From the NCBI RefSeq assembly GCF_001194135.2, contig NC_068990.1, positions 37,587,417 to 37,651,416 of the forward strand: a DNA stretch of 64,000 nt, read 5' to 3'. Source of the DNA: Octopus bimaculoides. Taxonomy: Eukaryota. The notes below the pieces were generated by a model that did not search any database, was not told the DNA's origin, and worked only from the letters and a program-made list of their open reading frames with translations. This document shows, one piece after another, positions 49,885-61,904 of this stretch (positions are counted from its first letter, which is position 1; every line of letters starts with the position of its first letter). The position numbers were made by a program, and so were the translations under genes.

Positions 49885-50201
49885 TAAGGGTTCTCAACCA
49901 TTTTTTTTTATCTGTGAACCCCGTTGACTACGATTTTATTCTGGTGGACCCCCGTAGCAATTCGATGTTTAAAAACTAGTTTTATTAAAATTCCTACTTT
50001 CTTTTTCACACATTAACTTGTGTAGGTTGAACTATGTAAAATATCCGAGAAAGAAACCTACCTGTTTCATCTAAAGCAAAAATTTTTCGGGGACTCTTAA
50101 AACACTATTGTGGATCCCAAATTTACTATTTTCTGATGCTGACCCCCAAAAGGCTTATGTGGACCCTCCGGGACCATATAAACCCCAGTTGAGAAACACT
50201 T
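49885..50201. mobile_element. hAT (Charlie-like) MITE
   Basis: Imperfect TIRs TAAGGGTTCTCAACC / CAGTTGAGAAACACTT. The 8-bp flanks CGTTAGAG / CTCTAGAG match 6 of 8 and resemble the NTCTAGAN target. Confidence 0.7.
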
Positions 50202-50382
50202 CTCTAGAGGAAGGGGTTATTCCATGACATTTGTATATATTCTCCAAGGGTGATGTGATCAATGCCAAATTGCATTCCGCTCCCACAGTAGCAATTTGAC
50301 AGTAGAAATAAAAATTGCAGCAGGACAGGATTCTAAGTGGTCAGCGTATTGAGAAAGAAGACAGAATCGCAGTTGATGGTTA

Positions 50383-50861
50383 TCGAGGAATTGCTGAAAA
50401 GTTCCTGGCTTTAAGGTATCGTGATAGGCCTGGTTGGAGGCCCAACCAGAATTCTTTTATAGAAACTGAAGAACCACTCTACAAACTGAAGAATGACTGC
50501 AATAAGTGAGAGGGGAATATGTTGAATAAAGTCATAATTTACATTATTTACATTATTTACATTTGACGGATATTTGTCCTCAACTTGTTTGTTGTTAACA
50601 CAACCTTTTGGCTGATATACCCTTCAGCCTTTATCAGGTGTCTTGGGAAATTTCGAACCTGGGTTCCAGCTAGAGCTGGACTTCTGATGAAACACTGTGT
50701 TAACAACAAGCAAGATGAGGACAAATATCCATCAAATGTAAATAATGTAAATAATGTACATAGTTCCTCATCTCTTAAATATAGAACTGTAAAGTCATAA
50801 TTAATTGGATCCTCCTGTATTCTCTTTAGCCCAAAGCCAGGAACTTTTCAGTACCCCATTG
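50383..50861. mobile_element. mariner-type MITE interrupted by palindromic element copy 2
   Basis: TA|..GAGGAATTGCTGAAAAGTTCCTGGCTTT ... AAAGCCAGGAACTTTTCAGTACCCCATTG|TA. The internal GAGAGGGGAATATGTTGAATAA reads RGEYVE*, like a mariner C-terminus. Confidence 0.8.
50540..50787 (+). mobile_element. Palindromic hammerhead retroelement, copy 2 (short, no tRNA head)
   Basis: Same arms as copy 1. The 13-bp direct repeat TAAAGTCATAATT lies at 50527-50539 and 50790-50802. The right arm ends CCTCATCTCTTAAATATAGAAC, and the left arm is about 29 nt shorter. Confidence 0.88.
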
Positions 50862-50977
50862 TAGAAGGGATCAATTGCAAGTGACAAAGGAGAGATGGCA
50901 TGGGATCAGTCAGCAGTAAGAAGCAAGAGCCATTGTAGTAGTAGTAAGGAAAAATCAGAGAAAGTGGAAAAATCATA

Positions 50978-51532
50978 CAGGGTGTCCCCCCACCATCAAA
51001 TTGACATCATTTTTGAGTTTAATAATATAGCCAATTCTTGCTCAAATGATCTCAAATTTTAGAAAAATGTGTAAAAACTAAGTTTGGATGAGGCATATCA
51101 GGGATAATGACAATGTGCTGTTGATATGGCCACCATATTCACCTGATTTCACACTTTGTGATTTTTTTTTATAGGGCTATGTGAAAGAACTGGTTTATAT
51201 CCCCACCTCTTCCCAACAAGCCTAGAAGAACTCAAGTAGAGAATCACGGAGGAGCTGGAGAATGTTATGCAAGACATACAACAGCATGTCTGGCTGGAGC
51301 TGGACTACTGACTTGATGTGTGTCGTGTCACAAGCAGTGCATATATTGAACGTTTGGGAAGCTTTGTGAAATCGGTTATAAAATCTACATCCCTCTGAAT
51401 CTGTTGTTCAAATTTGATAAATAAATCTTTTAATGTTCAACATGAAGCATGTACAATTTCGTATGCATAGGACGTGTAGCTACTCAGATATTCACATTTG
51501 AAATAATGTCAATTTTTAGGGAATACCCAGTG
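50978..51532 (+). mobile_element. Tc1/mariner-superfamily (maT/rosa-like) internally deleted element
   Basis: TA|CAGGGTGTCCCCCC..AAATTGACATCATTT with an imperfect right TIR. Translation gives FTLCDFFL*GYVKELVYIP.LPTSLEELK*RIT...VWLELDY*LDVCRVTSSAYIE (cf. LTPCDFFLWGYVKD.VY...LDYRIDVCRVT.GAHIE). Confidence 0.8.
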
Positions 51533-52262
51533 TTTGGGGCTCAGAGTTTGACATGTGCGTGTTATGATAACTTCATCCCAATCAGTCAGAATCAAGCATC
51601 AACTTCTCTTAGTTAATGGATCCAACTGATAAACTCATCTTTCACACACTCTTTACTTCTGATGTCATTCATCTGCCAGATACTGAACTAAATCTATTTT
51701 CTACCAATCCTTCTGGTGCCCACCAAAAACACCATTTTGTGTGTGTTCATTTTGTATTCCATTTGATGGATATTTGTCCTCATCCTCTGGTGCCCACCAA
51801 AAACACCAGTTTTTTTTTTCTCTCTCCACAAGTGTTTCTTGGAGACATTGATCTGAAGATGTTCAGTCTAAATATTAACTATATCAATCAGTCCAGTGGG
51901 GAACACAGAAATCAAGGGTAATCACCCCACCTCAAATTCTAGCAAATTAATTTAAACATTAAGCCACATTATTGTAATTCTCACCTTATTAAAATTAAAC
52001 AGTTGCTATATATATGCATACATACACACATGCAGATACACACATGTATACTCAGATATACACATGCATATGTACAAGGTTCCAAGACTTAAGCCAACAA
52101 AATGACCATCTGAGGGATTGGAAAACATTCATACTACAACATGCAACGGTGATAACAGCGCTTGTTCGTTGTTGTTGTTTTTTGGGGTGGGGTGGGGGTG
52201 GCAGCAGTGGTGATAGTAGCAGCAGTGGTGGTGGTGGTGGCAGTGGAGGTGGCAGCAGTGGT

Positions 52263-52367
52263 GAAGAAGAAGAAGAAGAAGAAGAAGAAGAAGAAGAAGA
52301 AGAAGAAGAAGAAGAAGAAGAAGAAGAAGAAGAAGAAGAAGAAGAAGAAGAAGAAGAAGAAGAAGAA
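52263..52367 (+). repeat. Perfect (GAA)35 microsatellite
   Basis: Direct reading; source of the poly-E/K/L pseudo-ORFs. Confidence 0.97.
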
Positions 52368-52632
52368 ATGATATCAAAAGCAACAAGACAAGAACATTAA
52401 CAAAAACTACACCAAAAGGAAAAGCAATAAGAATAACAACAACAACTGCCACAATGACAACAATACTAACAACAACAATGACAGCTTCACTATCAATAGG
52501 CAACATCATTTTAAGCATGTTTTATTGTGGAGAAGAAACAGATAATGTTTAACTAGTTATATGAATATTGATTGATTTTATCTGTTAGAATATACTATCA
52601 ATATTTTCAAACAAGAGTTATATACACACTGC

Positions 52633-52705
<73 letters not shown>

Positions 52706-53577
52706 GTGTGCTTATATATATGCATGTATATGTGTATACATATAAATATATATATGTATGTATGTATATTTATATGTACACACACACACTCTCTAACTCT
52801 ACAAAATACTCCATGTTCTTCATAGAAATCCACTCAGGTGAAACCATTCTTTGGGCTTTCATCAGTCCAAGATACGAGCTTTATGAAACCTAGAAATTGT
52901 AGGAAATGCGTAGAAATTTTATGAGTTTTTATCCAAATAGACATATACAAATATACAAAAATGTTTTTATCCATAAGAAAAACATACAAATATACAGCAT
53001 GAATGGTCTGTGTGGATGTCCATCCAACCAATGCACATATATACCCATGTTCATGCAAATGCACACACATGTAAACATACATAAAAAAATAGACACATGA
53101 AGAAACTTACTCAAACGCACAAATATATTTACATCCACATCCACACTCACATGCATAAATATTGATAAGATGCTAGTTTAGATCAAGATCAAAAGAATGT
53201 GAAGCATCTTTCTTGTGTTGCTGTTTTCTCAGTGAAAAACCATGAAAATCTAGAATAGCAGAAAAATGTATTAATAATCATGAATGCCACAGATAGATGA
53301 GGAACGAGGGTTCTAGCATAGTATTGAAATTGCTGTTGGTTTTTATAGATGAGGACCAAATTAATGTGTCATATCCAAGGTAAACATAACCGAAGATTTT
53401 TATTTTATTTTACTGAGAAGGTCAAATAATAGTAGAACATGGCAATTGTTGTCTCCCTACTTACCAAAGATCAGATTCACTGCCTGCTGCATGTTCATAT
53501 TTAATTTTTATGAATTTGGATTTTAGGTTTGTTTCTCTTCCATTTCATGCCTGCAATTAATCATTCACAAGATTGAC

Positions 53578-53721
53578 CATGTGGTTAAGAAGACCATTTT
53601 GCAACCATGTGGATTCAAGTTCAATCCAACAGCACAGCATTTTGGTGAATGCTTTCTGCAGCTAATAATGCATTTTGAGGAAATTTAATAGATGAAAACC
53701 TGGGTGTGTGTGTGTGTGTGT

Positions 53722-53781
<60 letters not shown>

Positions 53782-53930
53782 GTGTGTGTTTCATAAAAAG
53801 TGCTTGACAGAATAAGTACCAAATTGAAAATAAATAGTGGGGTTAATTTGACAGACTAAACCCTTCAAGACAGTGCCACAGCTTAGCTGCAGTTCAACAA
53901 CTAAATCAAGTAAAAAAGAATAAAGAAATA
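53578..53930 (+). mobile_element. Old SINE family A copy with expanded (TG)n
   Basis: gtggttaagaag...gcaaccatgtggattcaagttcaatcc...(TG)n...gacagaataagtacc...ggggttaatttg...aagacagtgccacagc...caagtaaaaaagaataaag. Confidence 0.65.
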
Positions 53931-55684
53931 AAATTGAATTCATTTTCATTAAAATTAATGACTTTTGCTCTTCATTAATTCAAGTGTAATTGTAATTAAT
54001 TAAGCATTTTTGATTGGCTAAGTTCAAGTATGTTAGCTTCCACTTAATAATAAATGGTCAAGTTCTTTGAAGAATCTCAGAAAGTCTTAGCATCAATTTA
54101 TTATAAAACTAGTTATTCTTTTTGGTGTTATATAGCTTCATGCTAACTATAATGAAGCAGAACTGTGCTCAAAGGGGTTCCAACCGTATCTAGTCATCTA
54201 TTTTAGGGATATCTTGGAATATATAATCCAGAGTGTATTCTTTTCCTCAATTTTTCATGACATTTGCATGAGTTTCAAAGAAATTTGGTTGCTATTTCTA
54301 GCAGTTTGATCACTATGAAGGCTCCCTCATTAGCTCATTCTTGTGATTTGTTTTGAGAGATTAATAATAAGATAATCCTTGAAGTTTTAACTAGAAGAGT
54401 TTAACATAAAAGTTAATTCTATAAAAACAATATGTCAGGGGGAAAAGAAAATGGAACAGTAAAGGGTGGTAGAATGATTAGGTGTTTGTGTCTAGACAGT
54501 TATATATAAAGATAGATAAACAGATGAGAGTGTGAATGTGTCTAAACAAATATGCATGTGTATATGTGTACGTATATGTCTGTTTGCATCTATCTCTCTT
54601 CCTTTCCATTTCTCTCTCTGCATATATAGATATATATTTGTTTGTGTGTATGTGTATGCATTATGTGTATGTGTGTGTGCATTATGTCTATGTGCTGATG
54701 GATAGATAAGCAAGGAGGTAGGAATGGAGGAGATGGATATTTTGTTGCTTACTGTTCTTTATTATAAAAGTAATTTCAATTATTTGTGAACGTGTTTGTC
54801 TCGTAATTTGCTAATTGGATTATGAATTGTGACTTTTGGATAGAATTTTCGAGATTTTCATTTAATTGGGCAAATTTTTCAGACAATTTTTTCACAGAAA
54901 TAAGCAAATTAAAGTTGTCAGTGATCAGTCATATTTTGGAGATGACCCAGTGGTTTTGCTTTCTTTTCCACTAAGTTGCAAGCCTGTTATATTTTTATTG
55001 GCAAATATAAGTAAATATTGGAGTCATACTATCTATTTTCTTAATTGATAGGTCTAGAGAAAGGGGCAATGCCCATATAACCACTGCAGGTCTTTTTAGA
55101 CTAGTGAGAAGGATACCAATCTCATCTATAATTGCAAAACAATATCGGAACAAAAGACATAAGCAAAGAGGGAATTTCAGAGAGCTGATATTCTGAACAG
55201 TCAATTGATCAAAGTGCTTTGAGTTGAAAAAAGGTCGAAACTGCTTCTTTAATTTTATTTTTTATTCATAATTTTACTCAGTCAAAAGAAGAAAAGCACA
55301 ATTCCAAGAATTCTGTACAGAAGCTTCAAGACAATTGGGAAGAAAGAAATTATCCTTTCACTGGAGACCTGATCTGAATGTTTGCAAGAGCACAGGCTCT
55401 GTTAAAAGCACTTAATATCCAGTTTTGTTGCTAACCCAGGTAACAGTTTAACACCAAAGAAAAAGAATGGTCTCACCAACATTTCCCAAATTTCACTTAC
55501 AGGATTTTGGTCAACACAATGTTTTCATGAATTTAAGGCTTTGGTCAACCCAAGGCCACGGCAGATGAAAGTTGTCCAGTTTATCAGGCAATAGGTTTGA
55601 GCCTGAATCCACAAAGTTGCAGGATGAACATTTTACCACACATCCATGCCTACATCATAGAAAAGTCTGAGAAACTATAATACA

Positions 55685-55864
55685 GTTCTATATTGAAGAG
55701 ATGAGGAATTATGTACATTATTTACATTATTTACATTTTGATGGATATTTGTCCTCATCTTGTTTGTTGTTAACACAACATTTCGGCTGATATACCCTCC
55801 AACCTTCATCAGGTGTCTTGGGGAAATTTCAAACCTGGATTCTCATTTCTAAGGTATTTTTCGA

Positions 55865-55919
<55 letters not shown>

Positions 55920-55934
55920 ATTATTATTATTCCC

Positions 55935-55969
<35 letters not shown>

Positions 55970-56127
55970 GTAACAATGAATATAATAACATCGCAAAATA
56001 CGGAGTGAGAACCCAGGTTCGAAATTTCCCCCAAGACACCTGTTGAAGGCTGGAGGATATATCAGCCGAAATGTTGTGTTAACAACAAACAAGATAAGGA
56101 CACATATTTGTCAAATGTAAATAATGT
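55685..56127 (-). mobile_element. Palindromic hammerhead retroelement, copy 3 (reverse orientation, tRNA head absent)
   Basis: The 13-bp TSD AAACTATAATACA lies at 55672-55684 and 56128-56140. The full-length arm is on the left (GTTCTATATTGAAGAGATGAGG...), the centre TTATTC-CC-GAATAA is at about 55926-55939, and the right arm is about 39 nt shorter. Confidence 0.9.
55772..55817 (-). ncRNA. Minimal type I hammerhead ribozyme motif, best-preserved copy (second copy with A6>U on the plus strand at 56035-56080)
   Basis: Minus strand: gacac-CTGATGA-a-ggttg-gagggtatat-cagcc-GAAAT-GTT-gtgtt. CUGAUGA and GAAA are intact, stem I is 5 bp, stem II is 5 bp, and stem III AATGTT probably derives from palindromic AACGTT by CpG decay. 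Confidence 0.75.
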
Positions 56128-56960
56128 AAACTATAATACATATTCCAATTTTAAAATTTTATGCCATTTATATCAATAAAATTTCATTGCCTATCCTTGC
56201 TATTAATTTTATTGTGGAAAAGACTAGTCCTCTCATGAGGACTAAAGGTTTTTATCTCCTTATATTATTCAGTTCTGAGATAAGATTTTTGCTATTCTAG
56301 ATGGGTAATTGTGATATGATTTACAGAATCCACATCTTGCTCATAAATTCCATTTTTAGATATATGATTTCTAGGGCTAGACACTCTTGCTATCACTTAA
56401 AAATAGACAGAGTGTACCCAATACACTGTACCATGTCAACAGTACTAGACATGTTGTCCCATGTGGGGGAAAATTACAAATTCATTCTACGCTTCTTAGT
56501 ACTTGTTTAAAGTAACTTCCCCCAACCAAATGCAGGAAGACCAGGATATGACTTGCATATTCCATGTTTTGCTCATACATTCCACATATACAAACAAACA
56601 CACACACATATTAAGATGGGTTCTGGGTAAATAATTATTTCAGTTTTTTTTTCTACCTTCTGTTCCATCACAGATTCTCACGTGTTTATAACATCACTGA
56701 GTTGGTGATTAATTATAATTTATATCCAATTATTTTGTAGTCACATGACATAATGGAATCATATTTCATTTCACATTCCCAGACCCCCTACATTTTAGAT
56801 TCCAATTATACTCTGGCTATTTCCTGTTATATTCTCTATTTACAATTTTACACACACATACATATATATATATATATACAGCCTTTCATATATACACACA
56901 AACAGTGAGTGGAAAAAGCACAACATAAATACAGTCAGATAAATAAGAATTATAAATATA

Positions 56961-57018
<58 letters not shown>

Positions 57019-57589
57019 TATATGTATATGTGTGTGTGTGTGTATGGATGTATGTATACACACAAGCATATATACGTGTGTTTAATCATTTATGGTTATA
57101 TCAATTATATTTGCATATTTGCTAAAGAATATGTATGGCTCGCAATTCTAACATATATGATTGTGAGCATGCATGTGCAGATTTTGTGTGTGGTTGATAA
57201 TAATTGTATTAACAGTGATATCAACTCTATCTTATCACATTTCAAACAAATACATAATCTTTTCTTTGTAAAAAAACCATAATGAAAAAAGTAAATAAAA
57301 TACAACTGTACAAAAATATGAGGATAATAAGTCGATAAATAAATAACATATATGAAGAAAAAAATACATAATTTTGATATATATGAAAATGAATTGCAAC
57401 AATATATGAAATACAATACCTACATGCACACACCACCTACAAACAATAACATACAAGCGTGCACACAATTACTCTCAGACAGTAATATACATTCACAAAT
57501 ACACACACATTTACAATCATGACCAATAATATTAAATCTAAAACAAAAAAAAATATCTCTGCCAGAATTATAGATATTATTATTATTAT

Positions 57590-57635
57590 TATCATTATTG
57601 TCTTGGGCCTTTGTGACCAATAAAAGAAAATCATT

Positions 57636-57670
<35 letters not shown>

Positions 57671-57687
57671 TATTATCATTATTATTA

Positions 57688-57729
<42 letters not shown>

Positions 57730-57805
57730 CATCATCATCATCATCATCATCATCATTATCATTATTATTATTATTTATTATTATTATTATTATCATCATC
57801 ATCAT

Positions 57806-57839
<34 letters not shown>

Positions 57840-57860
57840 GCTGCTGATGTTATTATCATC
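57590..57860 (+). repeat. Compound (ATC)/(ATT)/(GTT) microsatellite
   Basis: Direct reading. Confidence 0.95.
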
Positions 57861-57955
57861 AACAAGAATAGAGGGTTGCATTATAATAGTTCAGGATCAG
57901 TATCTGTTCATTAAAAACTAACAAGCCAGCATTCTTCAAATAATGCTGATCTTAC

Positions 57956-58096
57956 CTGCCATTTTTGTAATAATTGGCAACCTGAGATCTGTGTATTTTA
58001 TGCTATCCTCAAAGAATATACTAATTGCTGTTATAGACTTGATCAGTATTCGCACTTGATCATATGCCATCAGTTTAGACCCCCGTATTAGAAGAA
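57956..58096 (-). CDS. Candidate internal coding exon of an unidentified host gene (141 nt, phase 1-1)
   Basis: Minus strand: acceptor ttatgttccttctAG, open frame LLIRGSKLMAYDQVRILIKSITAISIFFEDSIKYTDLRLPIITKMA, and consensus donor CAG|GTAAG. Non-repetitive composition, but no recognisable domain. Confidence 0.3.
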
Positions 58097-58279
58097 CTAG
58101 AAGGAACATAAACTTGCCAATGTAGTAGAAAATAAAATCTCCACGGCTCTTTGGTCTGATCAAGCTATTTAGATTTTCAGAACAGATACTGTGGTGAAAG
58201 TCACATTCACGAAATATGTTTTCTCATCGTTATGTAAATTGTAGCAGACCATGGTACCTCTGTGAAAAAAAAAATATAT

Positions 58280-58667
58280 GGAGTGGCTGTGTGTAAGTAG
58301 CTTGTCTACCAGCCACATGGTTCTGGCTTAAGTTCCACTGCATGGCACCTTGGGCAAGTGTCTTCTACTATAGCCTCGGGCCGACCAAAGCCTTGTGATT
58401 GGATTTGGTAGACGGAAATTGAAAGAAGCCTGCCGTATATATGTACATATATATGTATTTATGAGTGTGTTTGTCCCCTCAACATCGCTTGACAACCGAT
58501 GCTGGTGTGTTTACGTCCCCGTAACTTAGCGGTTCGGCAAAAGAGAGACCGATAGAATAAGTACTAGGCTTACAAAAAATAAGTCCTGAGGTCGATTTGC
58601 TCGACTAAAGGCGGTGCTCCAGCATGGCTGCTGTCAAATGACTGAAACAAGTAAAAGATTAAAAGAG
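58280..58667 (+). mobile_element. SINE family A, near full length
   Basis: Colinear with 34406-34856. Confidence 0.9.
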
Positions 58668-58671
58668 TATG

Positions 58672-58868
58672 TACAATGATCTTGAAATAGAAGCGTCATA
58701 AATGAGGCATCTAAGAATAGCAACTGTACCAGTGATAACTTTGGGTTAACATCAAAAGGTACTCTTAAATACTATGGTGAAATACCTGAAAACTTAAAAG
58801 TATCAGTTCTACAAGAAAATGTTCTAATGGGTCCTGCCCACATCTTAAGTAAAACATTGTCAATCTGA
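58672..58868 (+). mobile_element. R4/Dong-clade (REL endonuclease) non-LTR retrotransposon, C-terminal remnant
   Basis: YNDLEIEAS*MRHLRIATVPVITLG(frameshift)LTSKGTLKYYGEIP...LQENVLMGPAHILSKTLSI* matches the R4/Dong pattern KY.DL.IEI.RMW.....IP.V.GALG.....IP...IQK..L.GTAHILRK.LS. Confidence 0.8.
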
Positions 58869-59739
58869 GAAAATCTGGATCTTGTTAACTCTTACAATTT
58901 TCCATGAATCTCAACAAACTTTTGACTTAATTTTAATTCAATGCTTTTTTTTTGCTTTTTTTTACTTGTTTCTCACTCTTCTCCAATCCTTACTCCCCAC
59001 TAAGCCAAAACAATAGGATAATGCTGTTGCTCACTGTATCTGACACTTCTGTTTTAGAGGAAGAAACTCTTTTGCTCCTCACCTACTGATTTTTATTTTC
59101 ATCTTTGGTCTTCATTTAAGGATGGATGGCTCTCATATAGTCTTTATTACAACACAGGAATAGTAACTGTACTTTTTTTATCCTGCTTTTCAAGTCCAGT
59201 TGCCCTCAAATCCATTCCCACTTAGAATGAGGAACAGCTCTGCTTGTCTGCTTTTTGGGAGGGAGTGGGGGATGTGGGATAAACGTGTCCACAGATATCC
59301 ATACGGATTCCACCTAATCACATATCATGGATCATCTTTATACTCCCCACATCTTTATATTGTTTTACAGTATATTATGAGTCACCAAGGGTTTACATCC
59401 ATGGTCTGGTATGATTCAAGTGTTTATAAGACCCGTATGCTCTGGCACAATACTGAGTGTGCATTTCAGCAGTACCAACTCTCTCCTTGTTTCGTTCTTG
59501 GTCTCAAAAACCAGATACCTGTATCTATGTGGTCTTCTAGTAATTGGATACATACCTTACCAAACATCAATCGAAGTTTTCTTAAACTTCTGTTTTGATA
59601 AAGTTTAAGCACTTTTGGTTCCTGCAGTTGGTAAAAGATCTTTAAACGCCTTGTTGTTTAGTGCTTGGTCAGCCCTGAGCAGACATATTATAGATTTTGG
59701 TGTTGGTGTTTAGCCCCATGACTACTAAGATTTACTGTA

Positions 59740-59940
59740 TTTACTAGTGCAGATGCCACTTAAAAAGGACCCAGTACATTCTGGCATCAGGAAGGGCATC
59801 CAATCATACAAAACCCAGCCAAAGCAGAGAATGGAGTTCAATGCAATCCTTCGATTTGTTGAATCCTGTTAAACCATCCTAAACATGCTTGCATGAATGG
59901 TAGATGTTAAATGACGACGATGATGATGATGATGATTACG
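59740..59940 (+). mobile_element. Retroposon family D, degenerate
   Basis: ggcatcaggaagggcatccaatc...gttaaaccatcc...atgttaaatgacgacgatgatg. Confidence 0.65.
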
Positions 59941-61059
59941 ATGTAACTGTATTATCTATTTGCACCTAATCATTTATTACAGCTATAGCAAATGATCTAC
60001 GTTAAATGATGGATATTTTTTTTCTTTGCAGAATTTCCATCTGTTATCATCAGAGTAATAAGAGCAGGGACCAGAGTAAGATTTGGTTGCTATTTCTAGC
60101 TGGTTATGTATCTAGGTAACAGCTTCCTCATTTGGCACTCACTATGCATGCGAGCATGTCCAAATATGTATGTGTATGTATGCATGAACGTATATTTGTA
60201 TGTGTGTATATACATACATATCATATCTATAATGCTATGTTATTAAGAAGTATTTGTATGGAATGTGTGTGTTTTGGCGAGAGGAGCTATTTTCGATGAA
60301 GTTAGGAAATTTGTCTTGATTTCCTCTTTTGTCTTACATAATGATATGATTTACTCATCGTTTTGTACAGTGATATCCCAGTGTAGTGTACATGTTGTAC
60401 CACTATTATTGTCAAATACAGATATTTGCTTACATATTTATACCACTTAATGTCTGTTCTGATTTCAGTGTGTTGAAATATAGCCAGATTGATACTAACA
60501 TTTACTAAGTAATGTCTTTGAATATATATTTCATCTTTTCACCACTACTTGGCAGTAAGAGCCAATATAATGGATAATTTATTGATGCTAACTGCATATT
60601 CTCTTATCGCTACCAGCCTCTTAATTTGTCAGTTTTGGTTATAGCTCTTTGAGGTCAAACATTCACACTCTGCAGTCAAAACTGAGTGTTAAATTTTACT
60701 GTTTCTCTGTTTTCTTGAGATTTGGTGAGAACAGAGCTGGAGAAGTATTCCTAGGAATTTTTCTTTTGGCATTCATATTGGCTTTTGTTTTCTGATTTCT
60801 CAGCGTTTGGTGAGAATGAAGCAGAAGTGTTTCTAAACCATTTCTTTTTTTTTTTAGCTTCTATAATATCTATTGTTTTCTCTTGATTAGATAAGAATAG
60901 AATTGACCTGCAGAAGAATTCCTCAGCGATATTTTTTTCTATAGTTTATTTTAACATATTTTTATTAGTTCTTTCTTTTATTCTTTCCATTCTCTTCCTC
61001 GTTTCAGACATTAAATCTTTGTCATGCTGGAGCACCATCTTAAGCATGGAAAACAAATA

Positions 61060-61130
61060 GATGATGGTGTTGACAATGATGGCGTTGACAATGATGGCGT
61101 TGACAATGATAGCGTTGACAATGATGGCGT

Positions 61131-61172
<42 letters not shown>
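61060..61172 (+). repeat. 15-bp tandem (GTTGACAATGATGGC) about x4, grading into (GAT)n
   Basis: Direct reading; source of the DNDGV/poly-D pseudo-ORF. Confidence 0.9.
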
Positions 61173-61174
<2 letters not shown>

Positions 61175-61367
61175 TTAGCACTAGGATTTTGATTGCTAGT
61201 TATTTTACTGACCTTATAAGTGGAGAGGGCAAAATCAACCATCACATGAAGGAACATAATAGGAACTGACAAAAATAACAGTCATTGCATTTATATATAA
61301 CATTTATACCAAGGATTGACTGGAAATGTTTTTCAAGAAACTAATAAAAAGGAAATACACACACAAA

Positions 61368-61773
61368 GGCGTAGGAGTGGCTGTGTGGTAACCACATGGT
61401 CCAGGGGTTCAGTCCCACTGTGTAGCACCTTGGGCAAATGTCTTCTTCTATAGCCTCGGGCTGACCAAAGCCTTGTGAGTGGATTTGGTAGATGGAAACT
61501 GGAAGAAGCTCATCATATATATGTATATATATATATATGTGTGTGTGTAAGTGTGTGTATATGTTTGTGTGTCTGTTTGTTACCCCAGCATCGTTTGAAA
61601 ATCGATGCTGGTGCGTTTGTGGCCCCCGTAACTTAGCGGTTCGGCAAAGAGACTGATAGAATAAGTACTAGGCTTACAAAGAATAAGCTCTGGGGTCGAT
61701 TTGCTCGACTATAAAGGCGGTGCTCCAGCATGGTCCCAGCCAAATGACTGAAACAAGTAAAAGAGGAAAAGAG
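61368..61773 (+). mobile_element. SINE family A, near full length
   Basis: ggcgtaggagtggctgtgtggtaa...gtgctccagcatgg...gaaacaagtaaaagaggaaaagag. Confidence 0.9.
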
Positions 61774-61904
61774 TACACACACACACACACATTATACCAA
61801 CAGCAACAAGTCAAACATCAAATGGCTGTTTATAAATACACAATACAGTTACAATAAGGTAGAGAATGTAGTAAAATATGCTGCGCTTCATGGAGGCAAG
61901 TGAC

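Noticed and set aside
52014-52518. Gly/Ser + poly-Glu (or poly-Lys/Leu) ORFs
   Set aside because: They are explained entirely by (GGT)n-like and (GAA)35 repeats, with no splice or domain support.
59200-59608. 132-aa and 65-aa ORFs in unique sequence
   Set aside because: No recognisable motif, and no convincing donor was found to pair with the acceptor-like sites.
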